A stretch of 64,000 nucleotides of DNA from Perkinsus chesapeaki ATCC PRA-425 (taxonomy: Eukaryota; Protista; Perkinsozoa), in assembly GCA_013115145.1 (NCBI GenBank), contig JAAPAO010000105.1:12262-76261 (forward strand), given 5' to 3'. This document shows positions 42,554 through 55,495 of this stretch, piece by piece. The notes below the pieces were generated by a model that saw only the letters and a list, made by a program, of their open reading frames with translations, was not told the DNA's origin and searched no databases. Position numbers and translations under genes: made by a program. Each line of letters opens with the position of its first letter. Position 1 is the stretch's first letter.

Positions 42554-44739
42554 ATGGTAGGGTATCATGAATACACTGCTATTCTTCTAGGAGGTACTGG
42601 TAAGCTGGGCAGCCACCTTGTCCGAAGCTTCCTCCTATCCCCTTTATGTGAGCATATCTTAGCTACCCGCTTTGTGGTGATATATCTACTACAGGCAATC
42701 GACTAGTATGTATTGGTAGGCCAGGACAAGCAGATAGACTGGAGAAGTTTATTACGGATAAAATGGGGGTAGCTGGTGCTAAGTAATCTTCATACCGAAC
42801 TTTTCTCGATTTCTCCTAGATTGTGGGGGTAACCTCTAGAGCAGTAATATCTGAATCTATTCGTTGGCCTTGCTGAGGCTGTGACAAGGGTATCGGACTA
42901 GTCGGAGAGTTGATTGTCTATCAACAACAGATGGACAACTGAGGATCGCATTTGACGCGCTAAAATCATTTACTTGTTAAAGCCTCTAAGGACGCCGATA
43001 GTTCAGTTGCTTCTGATTAGGTCCAAGCTGCAAGCCATAGATATCTCAGAAGACTTATCGGACTTAGCGGGAGCGATGAAGCAATATGGTGCAGGGGCCG
43101 AGCTGGCAGTGTCCGCACTTGGAGCGAGAGGGGGAAGGTAGTAGCTTTGGTGTAATGGTAGAATCGTCGATTTTCCATCCCGACGGCGTCAGTTCGATTC
43201 CCAGAAGGGGCTTGTCAGATACAATTTAGCGACTCCAGCTGACCTACTTCGTCTAGATGTAACCGAAAACCTTCGATTCGCGGAAACTGCCGCCCAGGAA
43301 GTCGGTAAGGCTCGAGGGTGTCGCCAGTAGAACAAGACTGCTGTTATCATCATCAGGTGCATCGCACATTACATTGATGAGCCATATAGCAGCTGATCAT
43401 AGCAAATGGGGGAAGGGGACTGAAGGGAAAGGAATGCCGAAGGGGTTCAAGGAGGCTAAGGGACTCTTGGAGTAAGCATTGTTCAGTGGGCGGTGAGACG
43501 TTTACTTGTAGTCGACTGGCTTCACTGTCCTGTTCACATTTAGTAAGTAGGTATTACTCTCGCGAGGGATAAGTACGATATCAACCCTTTAGGACTTGCT
43601 TATTATAGAAAACGGGCGGTATAAAAATCCTCTGGTCTTAGTTACGTAGTCAGTCAATAGGTTCATGAATCAACCTTGTATGAATCTTACATATCATACC
43701 GTCTTTAGATATCGCATAGAGAAGTCAGATGTGCTTAAGTCACTGGGTACCAGAGTTTCGATATTTAAGCCATCACTTATAATTGGGGAGCAGTCTGATC
43801 AATGTGGTAGGTCCAAAGGGCATCTCAGGTGACCGTCGAACGATTTCCGAAGCCCCTTATCAGTCTTGAAGACTTATCGTTGAATTACTAGTGCCGAATT
43901 CCTCCCGGTTCCTTCGTCTCTTTGTCGGAGGCTTTGAGGCGACAGCTCGTCGCCCATGAGCAACTTGTCCTGTGATAATAGTAATGCTTGCTTCCCTCGG
44001 TGCCTTATGTTGTAGCACCAGTAGTGGGAGCTCGTACAAAGCGTGGCACTGGTTGTAGGAAATGCCTTCCCGTGTGACACAGCTGCACGATTGGCTATAT
44101 CGGTATATTACCTAGTTTTCAGAACTGCCCGGCCTGGCAAGTGTCCCTATAAAGGAGAAGTTGGTTAATATAATGTATCCAATTCAAGCACAGTTTATGC
44201 TGGCGCAGTATAGAGAGATAAGTGCTGAGCATTTGGCCTTGGCGGTAATAATCTTGGCGGGAAAGGGTCTCGTAAGGAGATAATAGATTATAATTATATT
44301 GTTGAGGAATATGGACGGTTCGGGGCAAATAAGAGTGGCCGCCGCGCTGTCGCTAGTCCATCCTAGGGCCGAGAGCGTACTATAGTTCTTGGATCAAACT
44401 TTGTTATAATTCTCGCGCGCCTCGAAATGTGTAGAGTATTCTATTTTGCTGAGAGAGAGCGGGTATCTTGGGGCAGTTATCACGGTAATAGGGTTCGAAA
44501 CTGATAAACTAAATAGGAATGGATAGATTATTCCTTCGTATAGCAAGTGGTCCGGCTTGGACTTCGGTATTGGTAGTATTGTTACTTTGGGACATTCTAG
44601 ATGTCACTGGCGGGGATCGAACCTGCGCGTTCAGATACGTATTAATCATGAAATGTGTGTTCCCCCGGAAGGTGTATTGATGGAGCCTCTGGGATATGAG
44701 GAATGTATGAAATTAGTCGGCAAAGATGAAGCCATTTAA
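42554..44739 (+). CDS. TIP30/HTATIP2-like atypical SDR, NAD(P)-binding protein
   Basis: TAILLGGTGKLGSHLV (GxxGxxG), AVSALGARG, DLLRLDVTENLRFAETAA, VSIFKPSLIIGE, YREISAEHLALA. Confidence 0.7.
43141..43212 (+). pseudogene. Decayed tRNA-Gly(TCC)-like relic filling an 81-nt intron
   Basis: TGGTGTAATGGTAGAAT, GTCGA-TTTTCCAT-CCCGAC, GTTCGATTCCCAG and AAGGGGC at canonical spacing over 72 nt. Confidence 0.62.
44602..44640 (-). pseudogene. tRNA 3'-half relic antisense in a probable intron
   Basis: Reverse complement GCAGG-TTCGATC-CCCGC-CAGTGAC-A. Confidence 0.45.
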
Positions 44740-45158
44740 CGTGCTGCTGCTGCTGCTCCGCTTGCTGCTGCTGCTGTTGTTCAAGTAGTGTTTCTTCATG
44801 CCTTTGGTAGAACTGAGTTGGCCTCTACGGGGGGGGATTGCTCGTTCGAAGCCCCTTACTGAGTTGCATTCTATGAATATGTGGATAGCAGTAACAAAGA
44901 ATGTAGAATAGCAATATGAGGTTGTCTAGGAAAATTCGTGGGGTAGTTTGGGCTTTCATATTGGTCGCGGGGTGATGGAAATGTCCTTCCAGAGGAGGCG
45001 TATGTGGCGATGTGATGAAACTTTCATCACAGTGCGTGATTCCAGTTGACGCCGACGACGACGTTCTGAGAGCTGCGAGGTTTTGGAACTAAAGTGTATT
45101 TCATAGTTGATCGATTATTGTGTAGTTTTCTGTCCCCTTCTTTATTTGAATTCTCACT

Positions 45159-47080
45159 ATGCCCGGTCAACAACGAACTCTTCAGCCTTACGTCACTGGA
45201 GCATCAGTCTTGGCTGTGAAGTAAGGGCGGAGCGAAGCGATTCATGTATTACGTTTTCAGGTATAAGGATGGTATCATAATGTGTTATGATACTTTGGCC
45301 AGCTACGGTAGTTCGGCTAGGTTCACTGGTGTTGACAGGATTACTAAGGTACGATATAAGGAACAGAGAACGACGGAAAATTTTAAAAGTTTTTCGGAAA
45401 ATTTTCGCATCTGTTTTTCGCTTCTCGTGGACTCTGTGGCGATTGATGGCATAAATTGACGATTCACTTGTTCGTTAGTCTTCTTGGACTGCTTTTCATT
45501 AGGAGGCAGACGTAGAATTTTATTGATTACGAATTGCTTCTCGTCGTTGGAATATTTATTCGCCCCCTCAGGCTGAGCTCCGTTGGTGAAGCTCTAGGGC
45601 GGATGGAGATATTGAAGTGTTACACTCCAAGTATATTCCGGAAATTTTCCCGAAAATTTTTCCTCGTGGAGATGAAGGCATGATGTTTGTCACTGTTAGG
45701 TTGGCAACAACACTTTGGTGGCCGCGTCGGGAGAGGTTTCGGATTTCCAGTAAGTATCTTGGCTTGAAGGTGGTAAGATGCGTCTGAGGTTGAATGGCGT
45801 CTCTCAGGTACCTAAAGGATTCTCTGCAGGATCTTGAGAACGAAGACTGGCTTTGTGATGATGGAACTGAGTAGGTATCCTAGCTCGAAGCTGGGAAGAT
45901 ACCTCAAAGGTTAATTTAACATCCCTCATCTTAGGCGCGGCCCTTCAGAATGGGCCCAATACATCAGTCGTGTTTACTACCAAAAGAGAGGGAAGATGGA
46001 TCCTCTATATAACAATGTTGTTATTGGTGGTATCAATAAGAAGGGCAGCAGCAAGCAGCCATTCTACCTAGCTACTGTCGATCTTTATGGTACATTCTTC
46101 GAAGAGGATATCATCGCTACTGGTAAGTGGGATTTTCGTTTACGGTTTTTACCATCTTTACATCGGAACGAACTCTGTTCGCATGAATTGAGATAGACTT
46201 TAGGTTGACCGAGATATGAAGTAGCTCGCTATCGTCATATATCCCTCAAGCTCTGACGTAACCTTTGAAGGTTGAGGTGTTGTCATTGTTGTTGGTTGGA
46301 CACTTGTATGGTGAATGTTACTTACTATCAGTTCGCCACCTTGTGATAGCAAGTCTAGGTGTTCGTTTCAGATGTTTGGACGGTAGCATTATTACTATCA
46401 TCTTCATTGCTCATCGCTTTAATCAATTTCCTATTATTATTACTTTTCTAGGTTTCGGTCAGCATTTGGCTATTCCTATCATGCGTAGGAAGCATCGTAA
46501 TGATATGACTGAGGAGGAGGCCAAGGATATGTTACAGGAGTGTAAGTACCCGCCTTGGTGCGCATGCGTGCAGAATTATTGTGTCGCGCCGGTCGCTGTC
46601 TCAGGTATGCAGGTGTTGTATTATCGTGACTGTTATTGCTCTAATAAAGTTAAGTTCGCGACGATTACCCCTGAGGGGACAAGAATCTTTAATGAGGTGA
46701 GTTCTCTTCGATCGACTTGTGGACATTTTCTTACCACACCATCCGAGGCTCTTTGGGCATGCTCAGAGCCAGACTCCCCGTTGCACTGCAACTGTTAGGC
46801 CTGCTTCTTGTGACTTAGGAATAAGGCAATAACAATCTGATGTAGGATTTCACGACTTGTAAAATATTCAGTATAATATGGCAATAATGAGCAATACTCT
46901 TCAAGTGGGTGATGGACTCCGGCCTACGCAATTCTTGCCCGTACTGGAGTAGAAACTGAAGACGGTTTAAACGTATTTGTCATACTTGTGAATCAGGTAA
47001 CTCTTACTGGAAAGTGGGATTATCAGAGATGGATCACCCCGACTATTGAGATGTCACAAACACTTGGTTCAAGCTGGTAG
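45159..47080 (+). CDS. PSMB4: 20S proteasome beta7 subunit (PSMB4/PRE4)
   Basis: QPYVTGASVLAVK/YKDGIIMCYDTLASYGSSARF, DPLYNNVVIGG, VDLYGTFFEEDIIATG/FGQHLAIPIMR, VLYYRDC, terminal LTGKWDYQRWI. Confidence 0.93.
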
Positions 47081-47611
47081 AGCTAATATACTACTAGAGC
47101 GATCAGAAGCGTTAGGAATAATCATTTCTTAAGCCATCTTCTGACTTTGGTTAGTATTTATTATAAAAGAAAGGCGTTCTCAGGGCAAGTATCACAAGCA
47201 GGCTACTAGTCATTTCAACACTCGGACAATTCGTAACCAGGAAATATTGATTATAGTTCATCGAAGGCACCAATACAGATGGTTATTAACAGTTGATGGC
47301 ATTTCACGGGACTATATTGACTCCAGCCCCTTGGCGGTGGAGTAGACTGCTGCCCTGAACGACTTGGGTAATATCCTATCGTAGAGTAGTAACTGTTGGC
47401 CATCCGGGAGGTAGCTTAACAATAGAACAGGACAACGAAGACGATTTGAGCTAACCTTGCTACTGTTGAGATTGTTCCTGCTCGCCATTGCTGATTTCCG
47501 TCATTGAGCTCCCTCCCATCGTGCGGAGTAAAATTGCGACTTGTCAAGGGCGACCTTTGAGGACGGGCGGAATTAGTAGGATAAATAATACATTCTTGGC
47601 GAGGTTTTCCT

Positions 47612-49607
47612 ATGTCAAACATGTCACCAGCTCCATCTACAGGAAGTATCCACCGCATACTGCAATTGTTAACCCCACCAGCAAGACTGACAGGAATAGT
47701 TGCATCTGGCTTTGGAAGAGGTTCTAAGCTATTAGGCTTCCCAACAGCCAATATAACATCACAGAGCCCGGGGGTGGCTGAGTTCTTGGAAAATGCTGAG
47801 ACTGGTAATAAAGGGGAGGTAGGTGATAATGCATGGGTCCTCATTGGGATGGCCAGGAAGAATTTCCGAAGGATTTCTCTGTGGAGAAATTCTCTCGGAC
47901 GAACTTGTGATAGTGATTCTTATTTGCTAAATTAAATTAATTAAACTAAGTTAGAAACCACTTCATTCATCAGTAGGTTACTTCAACTATGTTCATAAAA
48001 GTATCCACTTTGATTCGACGTTCCTGAGGCTTTCCCGCACTCTGCATTTCGATGCTAGGCTCTTGCTTACTGTATGGCCTGTTGGAGTGTGATATCATTA
48101 ATACGGCTTCAATGAAAACGCTTGATCGATTTGTATTATAGAGATCGAGAGTGTCTAGCCCAAGCCGATGATCGGGCAGTTGAATTCGCAGACTCCCCCC
48201 TACTTGTTGCGAAGGAAGTATGAGATCCAAAAATATCACTTGGCTGCAGCTTTCATCCTCCTCCCCCTATGGCCATCCCCCTTTCGCCAATGCTTTCATG
48301 AGCGTTAAACTTGTGCAGATGTCTAACGGGCTTCATTTGAGTAGCCTTAGTACCCGTATCGAGGGTCGCATTAGATCTTTGCTTTGTAAAAAGTTCGATG
48401 GTGTCGCGCGTGGCGTTGGCTCCGTCTGCACCACCGTTCCGGTCAGCAGGCCAAATCGGGGATCTCGTCGTCAACGAGTCGTCGAAGAATATGATAGTCG
48501 ATGACATATCGATACTTCTCTCGATCTTCAGGCGTCTACCTCGGATACGCGCAGGTGAGGCCTCAGAAGGGCGTATCGATTTCAGCTGTGGATGGCGGAG
48601 TGTTCCCAACTGCCTTGAGTGTCGGTATTAACCCTAGCTTCAACGATGTTAAGGAGAAGTTGGTCGAGGCATATATCCTACATCAGTAATAATGGGATGG
48701 TTAAATCGATCATGTGATCGATTTGGGAAACTTAACTGCGAAGGATATTCTAAAAAATGGAACAGTTGCATTTCGACTTTTTGAGACGTTCCAGCGGCGC
48801 TCCCGAAGACTCCCCTTCAGCGATAATGTAACGCCCCGTTTGATTGTCCTGCTACTAACTCATTCGTAAAGTCCCGTCAACGAAGCTATCACTGTTTCAT
48901 TCCTGCGACACCTTTTCGTTTCCTTCCTACATCATCCGTAATACGCATCGTGACCCTACAATTGACTTAACAATCTCTTTGTATGGGGCTTACGACTAAA
49001 AGAACATCGGTAGTTTCAGTAAACTCATACGACAGTACATTTATAAAGTCTTCGTTGCGAAAACCGTCGGATGTTTCGGAAATATATCCATGTGTTCAGA
49101 TATCCCACGGACTTCTACGGTGCGGAGCTTCGATTGCTGGTATTGGGAAGATTCCGTCCTGAGTTGCCGTTCGAGTCTATGGATCAGCTGAAGGCTGAAA
49201 TGAAGGTGGCAAGGGTTTGCTTTTCATCAGCTTTATTACATTGCGCATCACCAACATTTTCAGCACTTGATTAGTAATTACTACTTTAAAATTATTAGTA
49301 CACTATTAGCATTAACTATACTATCAGTACTAGTAAATCTTCCGAACTTTTCTAGGACGTCCTCAAGAAACGTTGTGTGGAATATAAGCAAAAATGTAAT
49401 AAAGCATTCCCTATATTCCTCAAGGAATATATGCTACTAGCAAGGTGAATATATGCTGTTGGTAGTTTAATTTAATTTCAGATTGATTGTGACTTCACCG
49501 TCGGAGAGCTATCGAAAGATCCTCTGAGGAAGTACCGTGATGATCCTTTGTTCAAGGAAGATGTTTCTGGTAGCAGCAGCAGCACTAATCAAACTTGCTC
49601 TATGTGA
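47612..49607 (+). CDS. RFK: Riboflavin kinase
   Basis: GIVASGFGRGSKLLGFPTAN, GVYLGYA, SVGINPSFND...LVEAYILH, DFYGAELRLLVLGRFRPE. Confidence 0.93.
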
Positions 49608-49690
49608 TGAATCATTTGTCTTGGGTTCTAAGGAATTATCAATCGAGTTGTCATAGTCTTTGAGGGATGTTGGGGAGATCGAGAAGTCTG

Positions 49691-52600
49691 ATGATGGTTC
49701 ACGCGCAGTTGACCGCTAGATTGAAGAGGACAACTTCCCCTACCGACTTGCTGCACTTGCTGCACGAGAACAGTAAGTGAATCATACTATCGCGAATCGG
49801 CTAACTTGGCGGCGTTATAACAGCAGCCTCGTGCTTGCTCTCATGAACGTTTCAACGGTCATAGAGGATCATCAGATGTTACCAGAAAATACCCTTATAA
49901 GGGTTCTCTTATGTGGCCTTCTAGCAATCTGTTATAATGAAGGTTTCGATTCTACCTCGGCTACATGTGGGCAAAGCATAGAGCTCACTCACGGTTCACG
50001 GAATATCTTCATACCGTAACTTACGTAACGTATTGTAATTTCTGGGGTATGGCCTTGTCATGTAATTTAGCCCAACCCTAAGCTCAGAAGTTGGGGCGAT
50101 TGTTATCCCTCTACGGACGAACTCCCGTGAGAGAGGACGGTTCTCTGGTTGATGAATACGTTGAACTTGGCTGATAATATATTAATATTTACTCCACTGT
50201 ACTCGGTATTCAAGTGCTTTAACCGCGACAATCTTATATAAATGAGGGTATCTTATAGTCATATAAAATCACTTTACTATTCTGCGAGTGTGTTAAAGGC
50301 AAATGCTGTGCAGGTGTGGCTCTTCTCGTTGCATCAGTTTGCTCATGCCGGAATGCTGAAAAAGCTGAGGTTGGGGAACCCCGTGACTTAAGTTGCTTGG
50401 TAGAACTGAAGGTGTACCTATTTAGAGGCTTGAATACTCATGGCAATTTCCGGGAGATGTTGATCGATGTTTCCACTACCAGAAGTTGGTATGGAACAGG
50501 GACTTGGGAAATCTTGTTGAGTGATGAAATTGAAGGAACTCACGATATGAGAGCAATTACGGTGACGTGAGCTTAGTGCATTCTTTTTACTGTGGTTGTG
50601 TAGAATGCGTTGCAGCGACGAGTTAGTTTTCTAGGTGAGCTGGTCGGGGCAGTCCAGACAGTTGCGGCATGTGGTGCCTTAGCGAGGAGCATCGCTGATA
50701 GCAAACGGAAGGGAGATAGATTCAGTGTTGACTGCCCGGAGGAACTAACGAGCCTGATTGGTGAGCAGCGCATGCGTGCAAATCAGAATTTTGATTCAGG
50801 TAATCTTGTAAGTAAATTCACAGAGTCGGGAGAGATAACGAGTTGCCCACGATTGGTAGCTAATACAGCGTGGGCGTTAGCTCAGATGGATGGTGGCCAG
50901 AGAGCAGGAGGAGGAGGGTCATCAATTCAAGGTGACTGCTGATTAACCGTTAAAAGCCTTCTTAGGGATTTATTACCCTTACCAGTCGCGGGCTTACCGC
51001 CCCAGCCACATTTGTCGGCATATACATCATATCACTTCAAGCCAGGAGTCTCGCATACTGTATGTTTTGACGTAGAAAATTTGTGTGGGCATTCCCGCAC
51101 AATTTGTCAGCATCTACACTCTTTCGTAGAGCACGTCCTACTCTTATAGATACCAGCATAACAATCACTGGGAACCAAGACTTGAGAATTGGGGTTGAAG
51201 CGGATTAGGCTTTAGCAAAACCCTTTTACGAGGGGATGAATTATCCCCTATGGTTAACTCGCATATAAAGATGTAGTTGTGAAGAAGGAGGTACGTGGAG
51301 ACTAGATACTGCCACTGTACGTAACTTGGATGCATAATAGATCAGAGAAAAATATGCCAATTTAGATTTTTAGAATTAGAGGCACGCCTACTGGGTTCAC
51401 ACAAGGTTGACCTGTATTGTGTCTCAGCGCGGTTCATTTCATCATCAATAAAGAGTCTACCGGTGACAGTGGGGGATATGAACCCGCAGGAGATATCCCT
51501 GCTTTTATGGTCGATGGCGAGATGCTGTCAAAGACGGAATCGATCGAAGTTCGCGGATGGGCTGCATCCTACTCAGATAGCCGAGGTCACTGGATTGGCC
51601 ATTGAGGTGAGGGCATGGGAGAGATGTATCCGACACGTATGTCTCGGGAAATGGATCCTTCCCCGATGATCCGGAAGGGAAGTAGAGCATCGCTTGTCTA
51701 TCGTGGGAAAATCGAATAAATGCTGTTGGGTAATTCTGGTGAGTAATCACTTTGAGCGACAAGTGCGGATCGGAAGGCGAGTGTGTGTGTGTGTGAGTTG
51801 ATGGTCCAACGCCGAAATTGGCTTAGTTAGACTATTCATTCTATGCGCAGCTTCCATAGCGACTAACACTGGTAACGGCTGAATTAGCTGGTTGATAGGA
51901 GTTAAAAGTCTAACATAAGTGTGATGCATTTCCCATATCTCAGAACGGTATCCTTCATCTTGATACTGCATCTGACCCCCAGCATACATCTACTATATTC
52001 TGGGCTCTCGGTACCATTTTCCCTTCCATACCGGGACATGCCATCACATGCAAGACGGACATGCTAGTCAATGTCGTCCGGAGACTTCTCGTCGATTTCG
52101 ATACCATGCTAGAACTGGCTAATAGTGTAGCGATCGGCAATATTGCAGAAGGCTTGCTGAAACTGCAACGTGTTGAGGCTGCATTGAAAGAGGTGCTTGG
52201 CGGATTTTTTCAAAAAACTCATAAGTCATTTTCAGATATATTTGTCATCGGCGTTCGGGCGTCGAGTCCTGCAGGTGTTATCAGATATGTCACCATCGCA
52301 GGTGTGCGTCATTCTAGCAACGGTCGAGGCTCAGCGCCGCTGTGACAGTGTGGATGAAGTTTGGGAGGAGATTTGGCAAGCAGCAGTTGAAAGGATAGAA
52401 CTTCAAGTAAGATTCACGTTCCTCTTCAAGATTATCTGAGACTATGTTGTGTTACAAGTTCGTGTTTAGGCGGCAAACTTTTCACCGGGTGAGGTCTCGA
52501 TTGTGCTGAAGGCCATTTCGAATCTTACATTGGCTACCACGGAGATAGATCGACTGATCAATGCTTTGGCTCCGGAAGCTCTGCGGAAGGCGAAGGACTC

Positions 52601-52808
52601 GCCAAGTTGCGCTGTGACGCTGCTGAGTGCCGTCGCTACTCACAAGAACAACCCTGCTTGTACCGGTGAACTGATTAATTCGACGCTCGATTTGCTGCGA
52701 ACATATCCCGCTCATTCACTGAGTGGTGCTCAGCGAAAGTCCTTAACAGTAGCTTGTCGAGGCTTGAATATAGCTGTGACCGAGATTCTGGATTTCTCGG
52801 TCACGTGA
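49691..52808 (+). CDS. Helical-repeat protein of RAP/FASTK/HPR/OPR type (organellar RNA-binding-like)
   Basis: Repeat-like helices MNPQEISLLLWSMAR, LVANTAWALAQM, MSPSQVCVILATV and FSPGEVSIVLKAISNL across many exons. Confidence 0.55.
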
Positions 52809-53945
52809 TAGCAAGGATGGTGTTTTTACGTTTCATGCCAATTTTGTTTCTATGATGGTGCAAGTGTTTGATACGGTTAATGCAATACAGTCTAGTGAGT
52901 ATTGCGACACTTTCTCCACCACACAACACATTATTCAGGAATAATAAGGTAGCCCTTTAGTCAGGCTAGCTACTTGTGTTCTCCATAAGACTGTTAAAAA
53001 ACGACCAGGACGTTTCCCCACTATTTCGTGCAAATTCGCCACCCTTGACCCCTTGTTGATATACTGTATATGCATACTCCACAATAGCACAAACTTTACG
53101 GATTAACTTGCCTCATTGATAGTTAAATCTCCCGGAACATACCATGGTTGTACTTGGGCAGCTCGACACCCACACCTAACAGACCCACAAGAGGGAGTAG
53201 AATGTGACGCTTAGGAATATGCGCTAGTTTTCGGCTTTACGGGAAGCCCTTGATAGCGTGCGGCGATCACCTAACATACGAGTAAGCGTCCTTAAATACT
53301 CATTGGATGACCATGGTGAATGTCGTGAAATGCCGATGCCAAGAAGCAAGAGAAGGTTTCAGAACAGAATACCAAAATACATATTAAGGCGCAACGTCGT
53401 TACTATCTGTACTGTACGCAAGCACGAACCGTTTGCCTAGAGGCATGATTGTAGCTGTTTCGTAATGACTAGTTATGACTTAATGTTCAGTAGGTCTCTA
53501 TGATCAGATCCGGAGTCCGCCTGGTTTACTATCGTTGGTAACCTACCAACGGTAAGGGCTTCAAGTCTAATGCCGAATCCGGCACGGCTATAGCATCGCC
53601 GGCTGACTTGTTGTTTCCGTATATAAGCTATGCTTAAGTATTCAGCCTGAGTAACGTAAGTAACTCAGGCATTGCCAGTACAAGGATTGTGCAACGCAAA
53701 GCATGCGGAGGATGGCTATGCAAAGGTTGCATAGTAGGTAGCCTTTCGTAGCGCACGCAGGGCCGTAAAACTACAAATTCAGAGACTTCCTTACAAAATC
53801 CCAGTGACAGATGAACATTAATAGCTACAAGCAGTTAGAAGGACAAGAACAGCGAATATCATCATACAACACACAAGTGGCATGGCGGTAAATATTACGT
53901 GCTAGGATTTCGTTTGTCTTGGGCCGCTATCCTGGCCAAGGTGTT

Positions 53946-55495
53946 CTACTTTTTCCTTGCTGCTCGAAGAGACGACAAAGCACAGGGAGACGTCTTTATG
54001 GTATCCGCATAGATTGGATACTGATGGTATTCAGCAAGTAGGCCGCAAGTACCTGATATTGTAGCGGTCATTATATCAGGCGACTCGGCGACTGTCATTC
54101 CTCCAGTTATATAATCCTACCCCGAGGAATCGAAGTGCCAGTTCTTTCCAGTAACGCGAAACCTTTCATTCCCCAAGACTTCCCCCAGCTGTTCATTATC
54201 TTCCAATACCTGCAAAATACTGGTGATCACATCAATCATTGTCACTCAGCTAACTTACGGTATTCCATCTGAGGAAGTACCATAACCAACAATAACCACT
54301 GTATGATCAGGTCGTTGGTCACCACAGGCCGCGGCTGAATGGATGGGAGTTCAGATTTAGTTACCACCCAACACATTGTCGAGTGCTTCCTACCTCTAAT
54401 TATACCAGATTTGTATTTCTTGAGTGCTGGTGCTGTTCCAGTCACACTCGCTGTAACCGGGCCACTGGCGAGAGCCTTGATCATTTTTCGTTCGCTCAAC
54501 TTGTCCACAATGAAAGTTCGGTCGATGTCTCCGGTCTGCAGGAAACACGGCTTGCTAAAGCGTAAAGTATCTTCATCATACTCTAAGACACTGTAAATCG
54601 CGGTTGGTGATTATCGAGTCTTTGCAAGTGCCTTCTTTAGCTTTATAAGGATAAAACGATTCTCTGATTATCCCCTCCTTGCGAACGTACGCATACGAAA
54701 AACCTGGTTCCCCACTGATGCAGCCACTGAGGAGAGTTCATGACATAATAGGTGGCCGCCATCGTTTGTAACTTACTCATTCTTGTAAGATTGACTGCAG
54801 TCGATAATTTGTTGGACGGAAAACGGGACCACTTTTGGTATTCCTGTTCTAATCTTGAATCTAGTTTCCATCACGACTAACCGGAAGAATCAGCTACGCA
54901 ACTGCCTGCCTTCATGCCACTCAATCTACCAGCGGATCCTATTGCGTAGCATGCCCCACAATTATTAAGCAGAGTCGCTTGATTTCTCACTGGGCTGAGA
55001 GCACCAGCTTCATCCCAGTCGACGGACGGAGGTGAACCCTCGAATGCATCGACCGTATCGGACACTGAGGGCCACGCAATAATAGAGTGGAGAAAGGGTG
55101 TTATTCTTTACCTGATACATTACGACTCTCCATGGGACTGCCCCACATATCATGGCCTTGTTGAAAGCTTCCTCTGACATGTCGGAGTATTCATTGATAC
55201 CGACCTCATGTTTAATGTCACCTAGGAGAAGTTTCAAGTATATCATTTGCGCACGTCGCCCACTTCTCCTTCTCAGCTGCTTAACCTCCCTCATACTTTC
55301 CGCAAAAGCCTTCTCGGCGGCTTCGTACTCTTTTAGCGACTTATGCACTTTGCTATACCTTGCGAAGGATCGACGTGTGCTTATTACTGCTTTCCCAATT
55401 ACGGCTCACTTCATCGCGAAGTCCATATAACTCGACTCGGCATCTGGGGTAGCCCCAAAAGCAGTATAGGAAAGAGATACAAGGCGCACTTTCAT
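53946..55495 (-). CDS. Papain-family (C1A) cysteine protease, paralog A
   Basis: Signal, I29-like prodomain (KYSKVHKSLKEYE..., GINEYSDM), SVDW...VRNQATLLNNCGACYA, SVQQIIDC, GCISGEP, DHTVVIVGYG, YWKIMNSWG. Confidence 0.88.

Noticed and set aside
47064-47085. TGGTTCAAGCTGGTAGAGC as a tRNA A-box
   Set aside because: It is the last codons and stop of PSMB4 (GSSW*), and no B-box follows
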